A stretch of DNA of 64,000 nucleotides from Deltaproteobacteria bacterium CG11_big_fil_rev_8_21_14_0_20_45_16 (GCA_002787535.1 PCXB01000050.1:8205-72204), one strand, 5' to 3'. Counted from the first letter of the stretch, positions 46,322 through 57,091 are shown. Made by a program: numbers and translations. Notes: generated by a model not told the origin, from the letters alone.

Positions 46322-47474
46322 TTAGCTTCGAGTAAGCTGCAAGAAATCGATCGATATCGTCTTTATTGTTATACCAATGAATAGCGACTCGAAGATTTTC
46401 GCTTCGAGCGCTTACATAGATCCCCTGATCGGCTAGTGATTTTTCGGCTGCGCCCACATCGTTGACCGGAAAGAAAATTAAAGAGGATCGATTCTCAGTT
46501 GGAAATAGGTGTCGAGGTGACAATCCCAACTCAATCGAGCGCGAATACGTATATTCAACAAGCTCTTTTACTCGAGACCAGATTGCCGAAACGCCGCCCA
46601 TTTTTTGAATCCACTTTAAGACCGCCCCCAAACTAAAAATTTGTAAAAGAGCCGGACAGCCCAATTCAAAAACTCGCGCCTCGCGCAACGGCTCCACTTT
46701 ATGTTCAAAAAACTTCCATGGATCTTTTTGGGACAACCATCCATAGACCGGTAGGGGATCATCGAGATAATCTTGTCGAACTTTAAAAATCGAAAGTCCA
46801 AAACCTGACATAAGCCACTTGTGAATCGAGGCGCATACAAAGGGAATCTTGGAAGCATCCAACGGAATAACGCCAAGAGATTGGGTCGCGTTAACGAGTA
46901 GAGGGACCCCCTTCTCAGAAGCAAAAGAGTTGACAACTTCGATTGGATGCGAAAAGCCGGTTAAAGATTCCACAGACGAAAGCACGATTGGAGATTTTTC
47001 GTCATGCGATTTTAAAATCTGATTCCAATCGTGAGAAAAGCCATCAGTCGTTGCAAACTCCGGTTCTAGTCCGGCATTGATAAATGGCAAAGTGCTGGTC
47101 GGAAACTCTTCACGGAAGCTAAAAAACTTCCGATGGCCCTTGTTTTTAAGAAGCTGGGCCGCCAAGCTAAAGGCCATCGAACTGGAACTGACAAAACAAA
47201 TTTCTTCGGGCTTGGAATTCAAGAGCTGAGCCGCTAGCACTCGAACCTCGTCCATTGCCACAACATTAAGCTCCCAGCATTTATCTCCCTGTTGATGGAG
47301 TTGATCGAGGAAGTTCTTCGAAACTTCCAGAGCATCGGGATGTAGAATCCCGGCCGCGGCACTCATCAAATACGTCTCCGTGCGGCACAGGGGTAGGCGG
47401 TTTCTTTCAGTGTCCCAATTCATCGGATATATATCTATTTTGGCGTCTTTGAGGAGGCAAGCCAGGAAGCTCAA
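46314..47474 (-). CDS. Class V aminotransferase-fold PLP enzyme (cysteine desulfurase/epimerase-like)
   Basis: 386 aa. ASIHKWLMSGFG contains the S-x-HK PLP-lysine motif of fold-type I class V enzymes. The true start is possibly the internal Met (MNWDT...). Confidence 0.55.
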   Translation of the reverse strand: MSFLACLLKDAKIDIYPMNWDTERNRLPLCRTETYLMSAAAGILHPDALEVSKNFLDQLHQQGDKCWELNVVAMDEVRVLAAQLLNSKPEEICFVSSSSMAFSLAAQLLKNKGHRKFFSFREEFPTSTLPFINAGLEPEFATTDGFSHDWNQILKSHDEKSPIVLSSVESLTGFSHPIEVVNSFASEKGVPLLVNATQSLGVIPLDASKIPFVCASIHKWLMSGFGLSIFKVRQDYLDDPLPVYGWLSQKDPWKFFEHKVEPLREARVFELGCPALLQIFSLGAVLKWIQKMGGVSAIWSRVKELVEYTYSRSIELGLSPRHLFPTENRSSLIFFPVNDVGAAEKSLADQGIYVSARSENLRVAIHWYNNKDDIDRFLAAYSKLIK

Positions 47475-47527
47475 TTTAGGAGCATTTTCCTTGACCCATT
47501 TTGAGCTAAGACTAAGCTATATTTTTA

Positions 47528-48421
47528 GTGTCCCCCATCGGTACAGACGGCTTACTTAGTGTTGACGAAATTTCGCCCTCGAGCCTTCTCCAATTTTTCA
47601 AAGAGATTCCTGAAGTTTCTCAATCCGTAGCTCACAATAATTTTAGCCCAAGAGGGTCCGCCCTGGGATGCCTGGGCTTTTTTGAACTTAGCACTCGAAC
47701 ACGCGTAAGTTTTGAGGCCGCTGGGCGATTGCTTGGAATTGATTGGATTCATTGGTCCGATGTCCATACGAGTGTTCAAAAGGGTGAATCTTGGAAAGAT
47801 AGCTTTGAGGTGCTCTCTCATTACGGGATCGATTTCTATGTCATTCGGCACGAGGCAGTTGGCTTTCCGAGGATGGTTAGGGAGTGGACAGACGCCCCCG
47901 TTTTTAATGCCGGAGATGGAGCCGCCGAGCACCCCAGCCAATCGATAGGGGATGTCTATTGCCTGTGGAAATTGAATTCTTCCAAAGAATGGAAGATCGG
48001 CTTTTATGGCGATATTCTTCGTAGCCGAGTTTTTGCCTCGAGTTCTCGCCTAATGAAAAAACTGGGCTGGGAAGTATTTGCTATAGACGACGGAGATGTA
48101 AATCTGGCCGGAAGAGTGACCGAACTTGGAGTTCCCTTGATCCCACGTGAGAGCCTTCGGGATCTGGATGTATGCTTTGTGCTTCGAACCCAAAAGGAGC
48201 GTGGGGGCGTTTCGACATTGGGTCCATTGAAGCAAGGGGATTTAAGGCCGGATATGTATTGGATGCATGCTGGGCCTGTAATACGTGGCCAAGATATGGA
48301 AGAGGATTTGTGTAATTATCATGAGCCCAAGTGTTTGGTTCTCGATCAAGTAAAGGCTTGTTTTGAAACCAGAATCTTGTTGTTAAAGAATTGGCTTCGA
48401 GGAAAGCAAATAGAAAAATGA
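47528..48421 (+). CDS. pyrB: Aspartate carbamoyltransferase catalytic subunit
   Basis: The carbamoyl-phosphate binding motif STRTR (FFELSTRTRVSF) and the HPxQ region are present. GTG start, and the stop overlaps the carA start as ATGA. Confidence 0.8.
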   Translation: MSPIGTDGLLSVDEISPSSLLQFFKEIPEVSQSVAHNNFSPRGSALGCLGFFELSTRTRVSFEAAGRLLGIDWIHWSDVHTSVQKGESWKDSFEVLSHYGIDFYVIRHEAVGFPRMVREWTDAPVFNAGDGAAEHPSQSIGDVYCLWKLNSSKEWKIGFYGDILRSRVFASSSRLMKKLGWEVFAIDDGDVNLAGRVTELGVPLIPRESLRDLDVCFVLRTQKERGGVSTLGPLKQGDLRPDMYWMHAGPVIRGQDMEEDLCNYHEPKCLVLDQVKACFETRILLLKNWLRGKQIEK

Positions 48422-49578
48422 AATCTAAAAAGATAAATTTACAATCCAAATCAAATTCCATTTTGCTTTTAGAAGACGGAAGTTTTTATCGAGGCCGGTC
48501 CTTTGGGGCCAAAAAAACCGAAATCGGTGAGTTGGTTTTTCACACCGGTCATTCGGGCTATCAGGAAGTTCTAACGGACCCTTCTTATCGAAAGCAAATC
48601 ATCGTGTTTACGGCACCTCATATTGGCAACCAAGGCTTTCATCCCGATGATTGGGAGAGCAAGGCCTGCTGGGCCTCGGGTGCGGTGATGCGAAATGTCG
48701 TAGACGCGGGATTTCATTGGCGACGCCGGCAAAGTTTGGAGGCCTTTTTAACGGAAGCCAAAGTTCCGGCCTTGATAGGGCCGGATACGAGACGCTTAGT
48801 TTTGAAGTTGCGTTCGAGCGGAAATATGTGGGCTGTTATTTCAACTGAGACCGCTAATATTAAAGAACTTGAAAAGCATTTTGATCATAAACTCAGCATG
48901 GAGGGCTTAAGTCTTGTTCGCGAAGTTTCGACCAAAACTTCCTACACCTGGGTAACGAAGTCGGTGAACTTGATGGCTGATCATGTTGAGGCGCGCTCTT
49001 CGAAGGGCGGTCGTTGTGTCGTAATGGATTTTGGAGTTAAACGGCAGATTTTAAGATATCTTTTGGACAGCGGTTTTGAAGAGGTGATCGTCGTCCCAAG
49101 TCGTACGTCCGCCGATGAGATTATGAGTCTAAGTCCCGATGCACTTCTTCTATCTAATGGGCCTGGTGACCCAGCTGCTGAAAAGGAAATTGTCGCTGAG
49201 GTCCAAAAGCTATTGGGGCGATTTCCGATATTTGGAATTTGTTTGGGGCACCAAATCTTGGCGTTGGCGCTAGGTTTACAGACGTACAAACTAAAATTCG
49301 GACACCACGGCGCCAATCATCCTGTCAAAAATCTTCATCGAGACTTTGTCGAGATAAGTTCGCAGAATCATGGATTCGCGGTACTTCCGGCTTCGAGTAA
49401 GCCCGAGATTGAGATGACATACATTAATTTGAATGATCAGAGTTTAGCAGGCTTTCGACATAAAGGCCTGAATGTTTGTGGCATTCAGTTTCATCCGGAA
49501 TCCTCACCAGGCCCCATTGATTCAGCCAAGCTCTTTGAATATTTTCATGAAAACAATTGGGAAGAGGCTTTTGGATGA
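48418..49578 (+). CDS. carA: Carbamoyl-phosphate synthase small (glutaminase) subunit
   Basis: The N-terminal ...ILLLEDGSFYRGRSFG matches CarA, and the class I GATase triad region GICLGHQIL is present. Start set at the ATG overlapping the pyrB stop. Confidence 0.85.
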   Translation: MKSKKINLQSKSNSILLLEDGSFYRGRSFGAKKTEIGELVFHTGHSGYQEVLTDPSYRKQIIVFTAPHIGNQGFHPDDWESKACWASGAVMRNVVDAGFHWRRRQSLEAFLTEAKVPALIGPDTRRLVLKLRSSGNMWAVISTETANIKELEKHFDHKLSMEGLSLVREVSTKTSYTWVTKSVNLMADHVEARSSKGGRCVVMDFGVKRQILRYLLDSGFEEVIVVPSRTSADEIMSLSPDALLLSNGPGDPAAEKEIVAEVQKLLGRFPIFGICLGHQILALALGLQTYKLKFGHHGANHPVKNLHRDFVEISSQNHGFAVLPASSKPEIEMTYINLNDQSLAGFRHKGLNVCGIQFHPESSPGPIDSAKLFEYFHENNWEEAFG

Positions 49579-50306
49579 AGATTTCAGCTATAGCGCCTTT
49601 GGATTTTTCGCAAATACCGGATAAATCCGAGTTAAGCGAATTCTTCGAGTCGATCGCCCTATTTTTCTCAGTGGAGCCGTATACTTCCGAAATCTTAAAA
49701 GCTCGAAGCGTATTTTTTGAAAAAGTTGGGCGCTCGCATGAGATCCAAGAAGAATTTTTTGAGTCGGTTAGCTTGTCTTTCTTGGAATGGTTTTTGTTTG
49801 ATTATCAAACGATGGCCCACGATAAGGCGCCAGCGATTGTATTTATCAGCCGTGAGATGGGAAGTCCGGAGCAGCGAGCTCGATTAGAATCGTATCTATT
49901 TCATCACTGGTCTCTTTTTGAAGTGAAGTCCGTTTTATCGGACGAAGTGATTTTGAACGACCTTTTGATTCAGAAGGAACGCCGACTTGTTCGTGAAATC
50001 CATCATCCAGCTTTTAAATCTTGGCGAATTAAACCGGGCCAGATCATACAGACTAGATTATTTGGAGTCGAAGATGGTCGTCGGCAGCGTCTAACCCATA
50101 TTTGGATCCATGCAGATTCAGAACATGATGTGATTGTGGATTTATGTGAGGAACTTTCAAAAAGCTGGGGACTGCATCGAGATTTTTTGCGTTCCTCGAT
50201 GGAAGCCTTGATCCGAAGTTTAAGTGTTCGAGATCAAATGGCCATTACACGCACCCAAAACTGGGTGTATCAGGAGTTAAAGAAACGTTATGCCAAGAAG
50301 AAATGA
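49575..50306 (+). CDS. Hypothetical protein inserted between carA and carB
   Basis: 243 aa. The ATG overlaps the carA stop (ATGA) and the 3' end overlaps the carB start by 17 nt. No known motifs. Confidence 0.5.
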   Translation: MKISAIAPLDFSQIPDKSELSEFFESIALFFSVEPYTSEILKARSVFFEKVGRSHEIQEEFFESVSLSFLEWFLFDYQTMAHDKAPAIVFISREMGSPEQRARLESYLFHHWSLFEVKSVLSDEVILNDLLIQKERRLVREIHHPAFKSWRIKPGQIIQTRLFGVEDGRRQRLTHIWIHADSEHDVIVDLCEELSKSWGLHRDFLRSSMEALIRSLSVRDQMAITRTQNWVYQELKKRYAKKK

Positions 50307-53300
50307 CATCAAAAAAATTCTCGTCATCGGAAGTGGGCCGATTCAGATTGGCCAGGCCTGTGAGTTTGACTATTCCGGTACCCAAGCTCTCCGAGCCTTG
50401 CGCGCCGAAGGTTATACGACTGTTTTAGTAAATTCCAATCCCGCCACTATCATGACAGATCCTTCAATGGCAGATCGGACTTATATTGAGCCGCTTACGG
50501 CAGAATTTGTCGAAAAAATTATTGAACGGGAGCGGCCGGATGCGATTTTGCCTACTCTAGGCGGGCAAGTGGCTTTGAATCTCACCATGGAACTGGCGCG
50601 CCACGGTGTCTTTGAAACCTACAAAGTTGAAGTTTTGGGGGCGCGAATTCCTTCGATTGATATTGCTGAGGATCGGGAAAAGTTTAGAACGATGCTGGCC
50701 GAGAATTCTCTTCCCTTTTGCCGCTCTAGAGTCATCCGAACGCAGGCCGAAGGAATCGCTGCTGCGGAAGAAATTGGCTTTCCGATGATCCTCAGGCCTT
50801 CGTTTACTTTAGGGGGAACGGGCGGTGGGGCTGTCTACAATCGAGAGGAGCTGGCTGAAAAGTTAACGGATGCCTTAAGGGCTTCGCCGGTATCTGAAGT
50901 TTTGCTCGAAGAATCCATCGCTGGTTGGAAAGAGGTGGAATACGAAATCATGGCGGATCGTAAGGGCCAAGTTGTTGTGGTTTGTACGATTGAAAATCTT
51001 GATCCCATGGGGATTCATACTGGGGATTCCATTACTGTAGCGCCCATTCAGACTTTGACGGACAAGGAACATCAGCGCCTGAGGGAAGCTTGTAAAATTA
51101 TTGCTCGGGGTGTTGGTATTGAAACGGGCGGTTGTAATATTCAATTTGCTTTGGATCCTCAATCCGAACGATGGGTCGTTGTTGAAATGAATCCTCGTGT
51201 CTCTCGTTCAAGCGCTTTAGCGTCGAAGGCGACTGGCTTTCCGATCGCTAAAATGGCAGCGCTCCTAGCTGTCGGTTATAGTTTGGACGAGCTTCAAAAC
51301 GATATTACCAAGAAAACTCCAGCTAGTTTTGAGCCTGCGCTTGATTATGTTGTCGTAAAGATACCACGATTTACTTTCGAAAAATTCCAACAATCCGAGC
51401 CTCTGTTAGGAACGCAGATGAAATCGGTCGGCGAAGTGATGGCTTTAGGTCGAAGTTTTAAAGAGGCTTTGATGAAGGCCCTGTATTCTCTCGAGTTGTC
51501 ACACCAAGGCCTGGAGCTTCCCAAAGACTGGCATTCTCAGGATCTGAGTTTGGCAGTGATTCGCGCGACTCGCTATGATCGCCTTTACTTGATTGCTGAG
51601 TTATTTCGACGTGGCGAAAGCCTGGAGGCGATCCATCAAGCAACCTCCATTGATCCCTGGTTTTTAGTTCAGATTAAAGAGCTGATTGAACAGGAGAGAA
51701 ACTTGGCCTCCAAGTCGATGCCTAAGTTGCAACCCGAAGAATTGTTTGATGCGAAGGTTAATGGATTTTCGGATCTTAGTATTGCCAAACTTCTGTCAAC
51801 TACGGAGTCAAAGGTTTCTCAATTGAGAAAAAAATGGGGTATAGAATCTTCGCTCAATCAAGTTGACACTTGTGCCGGTGAATTTGAAGCCCTAACACCT
51901 TATTATTATTTTGCTTACGAAAAATATCCGGAAGAGTCCTTAGTCAAAGTAGGGCGCTCCAGTTCAGCCTTAGGTACCAAACCTGAATCAGTAATCATTC
52001 TCGGAAGCGGTCCCAATCGAATTGGCCAAGGTATCGAGTTTGATTATTCCTGTGTGAAAGCGGTCCAGTCCGTCAATGCCCTTGGCTATGAGAGTGTGAT
52101 GGTAAATTGCAATCCAGAAACAGTTTCGACGGATTATGATATTTCGACGCGTCTCTATTTTGAGCCACTATTGTGGGAAACTCTCAAGCGCATCATAGAC
52201 GAGGAATCAAAACGATCGCGTATCAAAGGAATCATCTGCCAGACGGGTGGCCAGACAGCCTTGCGGCTTTCACAGGAGATTCGGGGCGTAAATATATTGG
52301 GCACTTCCTCTGCGTCGATCGATCGAGCTGAAGATCGTTCAAAGTTTGAGAGCCTTCTGAAAAAACTGAAATTAAAGCGACCTAAAGGTGTCAATGTCCG
52401 GAATCTATCGGAACTAAAGAGAGCTTGCCGTCAATTAGGCTACCCCGTGCTCGTAAGACCCAGTTATGTGTTGGGCGGTCGCGCTATGCATATTGTGTAT
52501 TCTGACCAGCAGCTTGAAAAAATTAGCCTCGAGATCGAAAGCGCTCCCGCAGAGCATTGGCCCATTCTTGTCGATCGATTTTTGGAAGATGCGATTGAAG
52601 TGGATGTGGATTGTATTGGTGATGGTAAAGACGTGATCGTGACGGCCGTAATGGAGCATATTGAAGAAGCGGGCATTCACTCTGGCGATAGTTCCTGCAC
52701 CTTACCTCCTGTTACGCTGACCAATGCTGTCATCGAGAAAATTCATAAACTTTCCGTGAAGATTGCCAAAGAACTTAAGCTTTGTGGTTTTATGAATATT
52801 CAGGTCGCCCTTCACAAAAATGAAATTTATATTTTGGAAGTAAACCCACGCGCCTCGCGCACGATTCCATTTGTTTGTAAGGCCACTGGATCGGATTGGG
52901 TGAGCGTTGGCATTAAGGCTATTTTGGGACAGAGCTTCAAGGCTCAGTCTGTAAAACAACCCGATCTGTATCCTAAAAAAGGCCAGGCCATAGCCGTCAA
53001 ACAGGTTGTGTTTCCGTTTTTGAAGTTTCCAGGCGTGGATGTTTTGCTCGGACCTGAAATGCGTTCGACGGGAGAAATTATGGCGGTGGGTGGGGACTTT
53101 TTTGAGGCCTTTGCCAAGGGACTTCTGGCCAGTCATCATCGACTTCCCAAAGTAGGTACAGCTTTTGTGAGTGTCAAAGATTCAGACAAATCCAAAATAA
53201 TTGACCTTTGTGTAAAACTAAAAGATCTTGGTTTTCGCATCATCGCGACGCACGGGACGGCTGAATTTTTGAGGCGTGCGGATGTCGTGAGTTCAGGAGT

Positions 53301-53631
53301 CAACAAAGTCAAAGAGGGTCAGCCTCATATTGTGGATGCGATCATCAATATGGAGATTGATATGGTGATCAATACGACTGACGGAGAGTCTGCTATATCG
53401 GATTCCTTTTCGATCCGTCGCTCGGCTTTGCAGGCCGGACTTCCTTATTTTACGACCTTGACGGCGGCGCGTGCGGCGGTGAGTTCGTTGGAGCGTTGGA
53501 TACGGGGTGATTTGGGTGTTAAAGCTCTTCAGGATTATTTTCCGACGAAGCGAGTCAATCAAAAACCTTCGAAAAGACTCGAACCCAAACTTCCGAAAAA
53601 ACAAATGAAATTACGACAAGCCAAGGCATAG
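50290..53631 (+). CDS. carB: Carbamoyl-phosphate synthase large subunit
   Basis: 1113 aa with duplicated ATP-grasp halves, each starting KILVIGSGPIxIGQAxEFDYSG-like (found at residues 9 and ~570), plus an MGS-like C-terminal domain. Confidence 0.95.
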   Translation: MPRRNDIKKILVIGSGPIQIGQACEFDYSGTQALRALRAEGYTTVLVNSNPATIMTDPSMADRTYIEPLTAEFVEKIIERERPDAILPTLGGQVALNLTMELARHGVFETYKVEVLGARIPSIDIAEDREKFRTMLAENSLPFCRSRVIRTQAEGIAAAEEIGFPMILRPSFTLGGTGGGAVYNREELAEKLTDALRASPVSEVLLEESIAGWKEVEYEIMADRKGQVVVVCTIENLDPMGIHTGDSITVAPIQTLTDKEHQRLREACKIIARGVGIETGGCNIQFALDPQSERWVVVEMNPRVSRSSALASKATGFPIAKMAALLAVGYSLDELQNDITKKTPASFEPALDYVVVKIPRFTFEKFQQSEPLLGTQMKSVGEVMALGRSFKEALMKALYSLELSHQGLELPKDWHSQDLSLAVIRATRYDRLYLIAELFRRGESLEAIHQATSIDPWFLVQIKELIEQERNLASKSMPKLQPEELFDAKVNGFSDLSIAKLLSTTESKVSQLRKKWGIESSLNQVDTCAGEFEALTPYYYFAYEKYPEESLVKVGRSSSALGTKPESVIILGSGPNRIGQGIEFDYSCVKAVQSVNALGYESVMVNCNPETVSTDYDISTRLYFEPLLWETLKRIIDEESKRSRIKGIICQTGGQTALRLSQEIRGVNILGTSSASIDRAEDRSKFESLLKKLKLKRPKGVNVRNLSELKRACRQLGYPVLVRPSYVLGGRAMHIVYSDQQLEKISLEIESAPAEHWPILVDRFLEDAIEVDVDCIGDGKDVIVTAVMEHIEEAGIHSGDSSCTLPPVTLTNAVIEKIHKLSVKIAKELKLCGFMNIQVALHKNEIYILEVNPRASRTIPFVCKATGSDWVSVGIKAILGQSFKAQSVKQPDLYPKKGQAIAVKQVVFPFLKFPGVDVLLGPEMRSTGEIMAVGGDFFEAFAKGLLASHHRLPKVGTAFVSVKDSDKSKIIDLCVKLKDLGFRIIATHGTAEFLRRADVVSSGVNKVKEGQPHIVDAIINMEIDMVINTTDGESAISDSFSIRRSALQAGLPYFTTLTAARAAVSSLERWIRGDLGVKALQDYFPTKRVNQKPSKRLEPKLPKKQMKLRQAKA

Positions 53632-53701
53632 AATTTCAATCGAGTTTTTGTTCAAGAGATGTTACAAGCAGAGGTTTGTTAGTAAAGGAATTGAATTTTT
53701 T

Positions 53702-54181
53702 ATGTCAGCTGAAAGAGAACCTATTACCCCGGCGGGCTATGACAGGCTCCATAAAGAGCTTGAGCATGCCAAAAACGTAGAGCGGCCTAATAATATTAAG
53801 GCGATTGAGGAGGCTCGAGCTCATGGTGATTTATCGGAAAATGCCGAATATCATGCGGCCAAAGAAGAACAGGGCTTGATCGCGGCCAAAATCTCAAAAC
53901 TCGAGGGAATTTTTTCGAGGGCTGAGATTATCGATCCTAAGATCTATAAAGGATCCGATATCGTTTTTGGGGCCACCGTGCATCTCATTGATGCTGAGAC
54001 AGATGAAAAATTGACCTACCAAATTGTGGGAACCTACGAGGCAGATATCAAGAAGGGGACGATTAGTATTGAATCGCCAATTGGCAAAGCATTAATCGGA
54101 AAACAAGAGGGTGATGACGTTCGAGTCAATGCACCGGGTGGAGTGCGTGAACTTTCAATCGAAAAGGTCGAATACAAATAA
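53702..54181 (+). CDS. greA: Transcription elongation factor GreA
   Basis: 159 aa from ATG at 53702. ...ITPAGYDRLHKELEHAK...AHGDLSENAEYHAAKEEQ is the GreA coiled-coil acidic tip plus the FKBP-like C-terminal domain. Confidence 0.85.
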   Translation: MSAEREPITPAGYDRLHKELEHAKNVERPNNIKAIEEARAHGDLSENAEYHAAKEEQGLIAAKISKLEGIFSRAEIIDPKIYKGSDIVFGATVHLIDAETDEKLTYQIVGTYEADIKKGTISIESPIGKALIGKQEGDDVRVNAPGGVRELSIEKVEYK

Positions 54182-56282
54182 AATAGCCACTGTCGAAGAA
54201 GAGCTTTCGAAATCCGTTCGCTATATCAAGGGCGTAGGCGAGAGACTGGCTCTCGTTCTGGCTCGCAAGCAAATCATTAGTATTCGCGATGCACTTTTTA
54301 ATTTTCCGCGATCTTATGAGGATCGTCGGAAGCTCTATCAGGTGCGTGAGGCTAAGTTGGCTGATTATGCTTGTGTCATCGGGAAAATTCAGCGAGCGTT
54401 CCCCGTGAGCTTCACCCGTTCCAAGAAGCAAGGGTTTGAAGTGGTATTGGAGGATCTGAGTGAGCCATTTCGCTTATTTCGATTAAAGTGGTTTCATAAG
54501 CCTTACCTAGCGAACCGATTAGAAAAAGGACATCTCGTCATTGCATCGGGTGCGATCACAAGATTTGGCGCGCAGTTACAGATGGCTCACCCTGAAATGG
54601 AAATATTGGGACGCGTGGACGATGTTGATACAAGTGTTTCAGCGGGCATTGTCCCAGTTTATTCGCAGACTGAGGGATTATATCAAAAAACAATTAGAAA
54701 AATAGAAAACGAGGTCGCTCGGAATTATGCACAGCTTTTGGAGGATCCAGTTCCTGACTTGCTTCGACACAAGCATGAGCTGCCAACTTTATCTCAGGCC
54801 GTTAAGGCTCTTCATTGTCCCGACCTAGAAATAGATTGGGATGAGCTGATAGAGGGGCGCTCACCGGCGCATCGTCGGCTAATTTACGGTGAGTTTTTTT
54901 TATTTTCATGTGTTCTCGCTATGAATCGTCGGGATTTTGTACAGAAGCCAGGTATCAGTTTTCCAAAACCTAAAAGATTATGGGATATTTTTGCTGAAAA
55001 TTTGAGTTTTAAATTTACAAAAGCTCAAAAGCGTGTCGTCCAAGAAATCCTAGAGGCGATGCAAGCTCCCAAGGTGATGTTCCGCCTCGTGCAGGGGGAT
55101 GTTGGATCAGGCAAAACCGCTGTGGCTGCTGCGGCTGCTTTGGTAGCCTTGGAGGCGGGTTATCAGGTGGCGATGATGGCACCGACCGAGGTGCTGGTCG
55201 ACCAGCATATCGAAAAGTTTCGTCAGTGGTTTAAAGCTACGGGTATTTATTGTCTCAAGCTAACAGGAAGCATGAGTGCTTCAGAGGTTCAGCAAGTTTT
55301 GAAAACCTTAGCCCATGAGTCATCTGTGATGATTTTTGGGACCCAAGCAATTTTTGAAGAGCGTGTGAAATTCAAAAAATTGGGCCTGGTCATTATGGAT
55401 GAGCAGCATCGTTTTGGAGTTAGGCAGCGCGCCTCGCTTATCGAAAAAGCGGAGGCGCCTGATGTTCTCGTGATGACCGCGACGCCGATTCCTAGGAGTC
55501 TGGCCCTCACGCTATATGGGGATCTCGATATTTCCGTTATTGATGAGTTACCTCCGGGTCGAAAGCCGATTGAGACGAAAGTATTTACGGACTCGAAGCG
55601 AGAGCAGATGTTGCGAGCGGTTCGCGCCCAGCTGGTTAAGGGTCGACAGGCCTATGTCGTTTTTCCATTGATTGAGGAAAGTGAAAAGTTAGCCCTGAAG
55701 AGCATTCAGGAGATGATGCCAAAGCTTATGAAAGAGTTTGAAGGCTTTCGGTTGGAGCAACTTCACGGACGCTTAGCTCCCGACGAAAAATCGAGAATCA
55801 TAGAGGAATTTCGTCAGGGAAAGATCCAAGTTTTAATCTCGACAACAGTTATCGAAGTGGGTGTCGATGTCCAAAATGCCTGTGTGATGATTGTGGAAAA
55901 CGCGGAAAGGTTTGGTCTTAGTCAATTGCATCAGTTACGAGGTCGCGTGGGACGTGGTGGAAGCGAAAGTTTTTGTTTTTTGATGGCTTCACATCTTGGG
56001 AGCCCGGAAATTGTTAAAAGGTTGCGGTCTATGGAGAAAACTCAGGACGGCTTTAAGTTGTCAGAAGTCGACCTTGAAATGCGCGGGCCTGGAGAATTTT
56101 TGGGGACAAAACAATCCGGTGTGCCTGAATTTCAACTGGCTCGTCTTCCAAAGGATCTGGATTGGCTTAAATTGGCGCGGAGCGACGCCTTCGAACTGAT
56201 TGAGGAGGATCCAGAGCTTAAGGGGCATCTTAAGCTGAAAGCGGAGTTAACGCGTCGCTTTCAAACCTATCATCCCAGTTAA
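54129..56282 (+). CDS. recG: ATP-dependent DNA helicase RecG
   Basis: N-terminal wedge region (...KGVGERLALVLARKQIISIRDALFNFPRSYEDR), helicase motifs GDVGSGKT, DEQHRFG and a TRG motif region. The start is ambiguous: no canonical start lies after the greA stop, so the nearest in-frame ATG, overlapping greA by 53 nt, is used. Confidence 0.85.
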   Translation: MHRVECVNFQSKRSNTNKIATVEEELSKSVRYIKGVGERLALVLARKQIISIRDALFNFPRSYEDRRKLYQVREAKLADYACVIGKIQRAFPVSFTRSKKQGFEVVLEDLSEPFRLFRLKWFHKPYLANRLEKGHLVIASGAITRFGAQLQMAHPEMEILGRVDDVDTSVSAGIVPVYSQTEGLYQKTIRKIENEVARNYAQLLEDPVPDLLRHKHELPTLSQAVKALHCPDLEIDWDELIEGRSPAHRRLIYGEFFLFSCVLAMNRRDFVQKPGISFPKPKRLWDIFAENLSFKFTKAQKRVVQEILEAMQAPKVMFRLVQGDVGSGKTAVAAAAALVALEAGYQVAMMAPTEVLVDQHIEKFRQWFKATGIYCLKLTGSMSASEVQQVLKTLAHESSVMIFGTQAIFEERVKFKKLGLVIMDEQHRFGVRQRASLIEKAEAPDVLVMTATPIPRSLALTLYGDLDISVIDELPPGRKPIETKVFTDSKREQMLRAVRAQLVKGRQAYVVFPLIEESEKLALKSIQEMMPKLMKEFEGFRLEQLHGRLAPDEKSRIIEEFRQGKIQVLISTTVIEVGVDVQNACVMIVENAERFGLSQLHQLRGRVGRGGSESFCFLMASHLGSPEIVKRLRSMEKTQDGFKLSEVDLEMRGPGEFLGTKQSGVPEFQLARLPKDLDWLKLARSDAFELIEEDPELKGHLKLKAELTRRFQTYHPS

Positions 56283-56356
56283 ATTTGTGAGGAAAGGTGC
56301 TTGAGCTTTAGAATGAGGCTCACGTAGTCTTATCAAAAGAAAGGACCTCTTTAACT

Positions 56357-57091
56357 ATGAAGGCATATATTTCGAAATTACCCCAAATTTTAGTTCTCTT
56401 GAGTTTTGGTATGGTCTTGAGTTCCTGTGCGACGGAAGATCGCGTATTCAAAATGATCGACAAATATTTTGAAGATAAAGGCGTTGAAGCTGTTGAAAAA
56501 ACTCTCGATAAGATCATTCAAAAGCGACAGAAGGCGGCCCAACCGACTCTTGAAGATCGGATGAAAAATCGAGTGGAAACCTCAATCGTTGGAGCTCCCG
56601 TTAAAGGTCTTGAGAATGCTCCGATTACGATCGTTGAGTTTTCTGACTTTGAATGTCCGTTTTGTTCTCGTGTATTACCCGCGGTTGATCAGGTGATGAA
56701 AACATACGAAGGAAAGGTCAAACTTGCTTTCCGTCAGAATCCATTGCCTTTTCACAAGAGCGCGACGCCTGCGGCTAAGGCGGCTATGGCGGCACAGGAG
56801 CAAGGTAAATTCTGGGAATATCACGACTTACTCTTCAAGAATCAGCGCGAACTTAACGAGAAAAACTTTATTAAGTGGGCTAAAGATTTGAAGCTAGACG
56901 TCGCAAAATTTGAGAAGGATATGAAAAATCCTGCTTATCAAAAGCGAATTGATGAAGATCAAGATTTTGCTCGTAAGAATGGTGCTGGCGGAACACCGAG
57001 TTTTTTTATTAACGGCGTTCGCTTAGTAGGCGCTCAACCCTTCGAAAATTTCAAAGAGATTATCGATGGCTTGTTGAAAGAAAAAAGCTAA
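56357..57091 (+). CDS. DsbA-family thiol:disulfide oxidoreductase (lipoprotein-like signal)
   Basis: Signal peptide with LSSCA, and an FSDFECPFCSRV thioredoxin CxxC active site. Confidence 0.75.
   Translation: MKAYISKLPQILVLLSFGMVLSSCATEDRVFKMIDKYFEDKGVEAVEKTLDKIIQKRQKAAQPTLEDRMKNRVETSIVGAPVKGLENAPITIVEFSDFECPFCSRVLPAVDQVMKTYEGKVKLAFRQNPLPFHKSATPAAKAAMAAQEQGKFWEYHDLLFKNQRELNEKNFIKWAKDLKLDVAKFEKDMKNPAYQKRIDEDQDFARKNGAGGTPSFFINGVRLVGAQPFENFKEIIDGLLKEKS

Noticed and set aside
54111-54181. Long greA/recG overlap as evidence of a gene fusion or frameshift
   Set aside because: The two proteins are in different frames with complete family-typical termini. The overlap more likely reflects an unresolved non-canonical recG start than a fusion.
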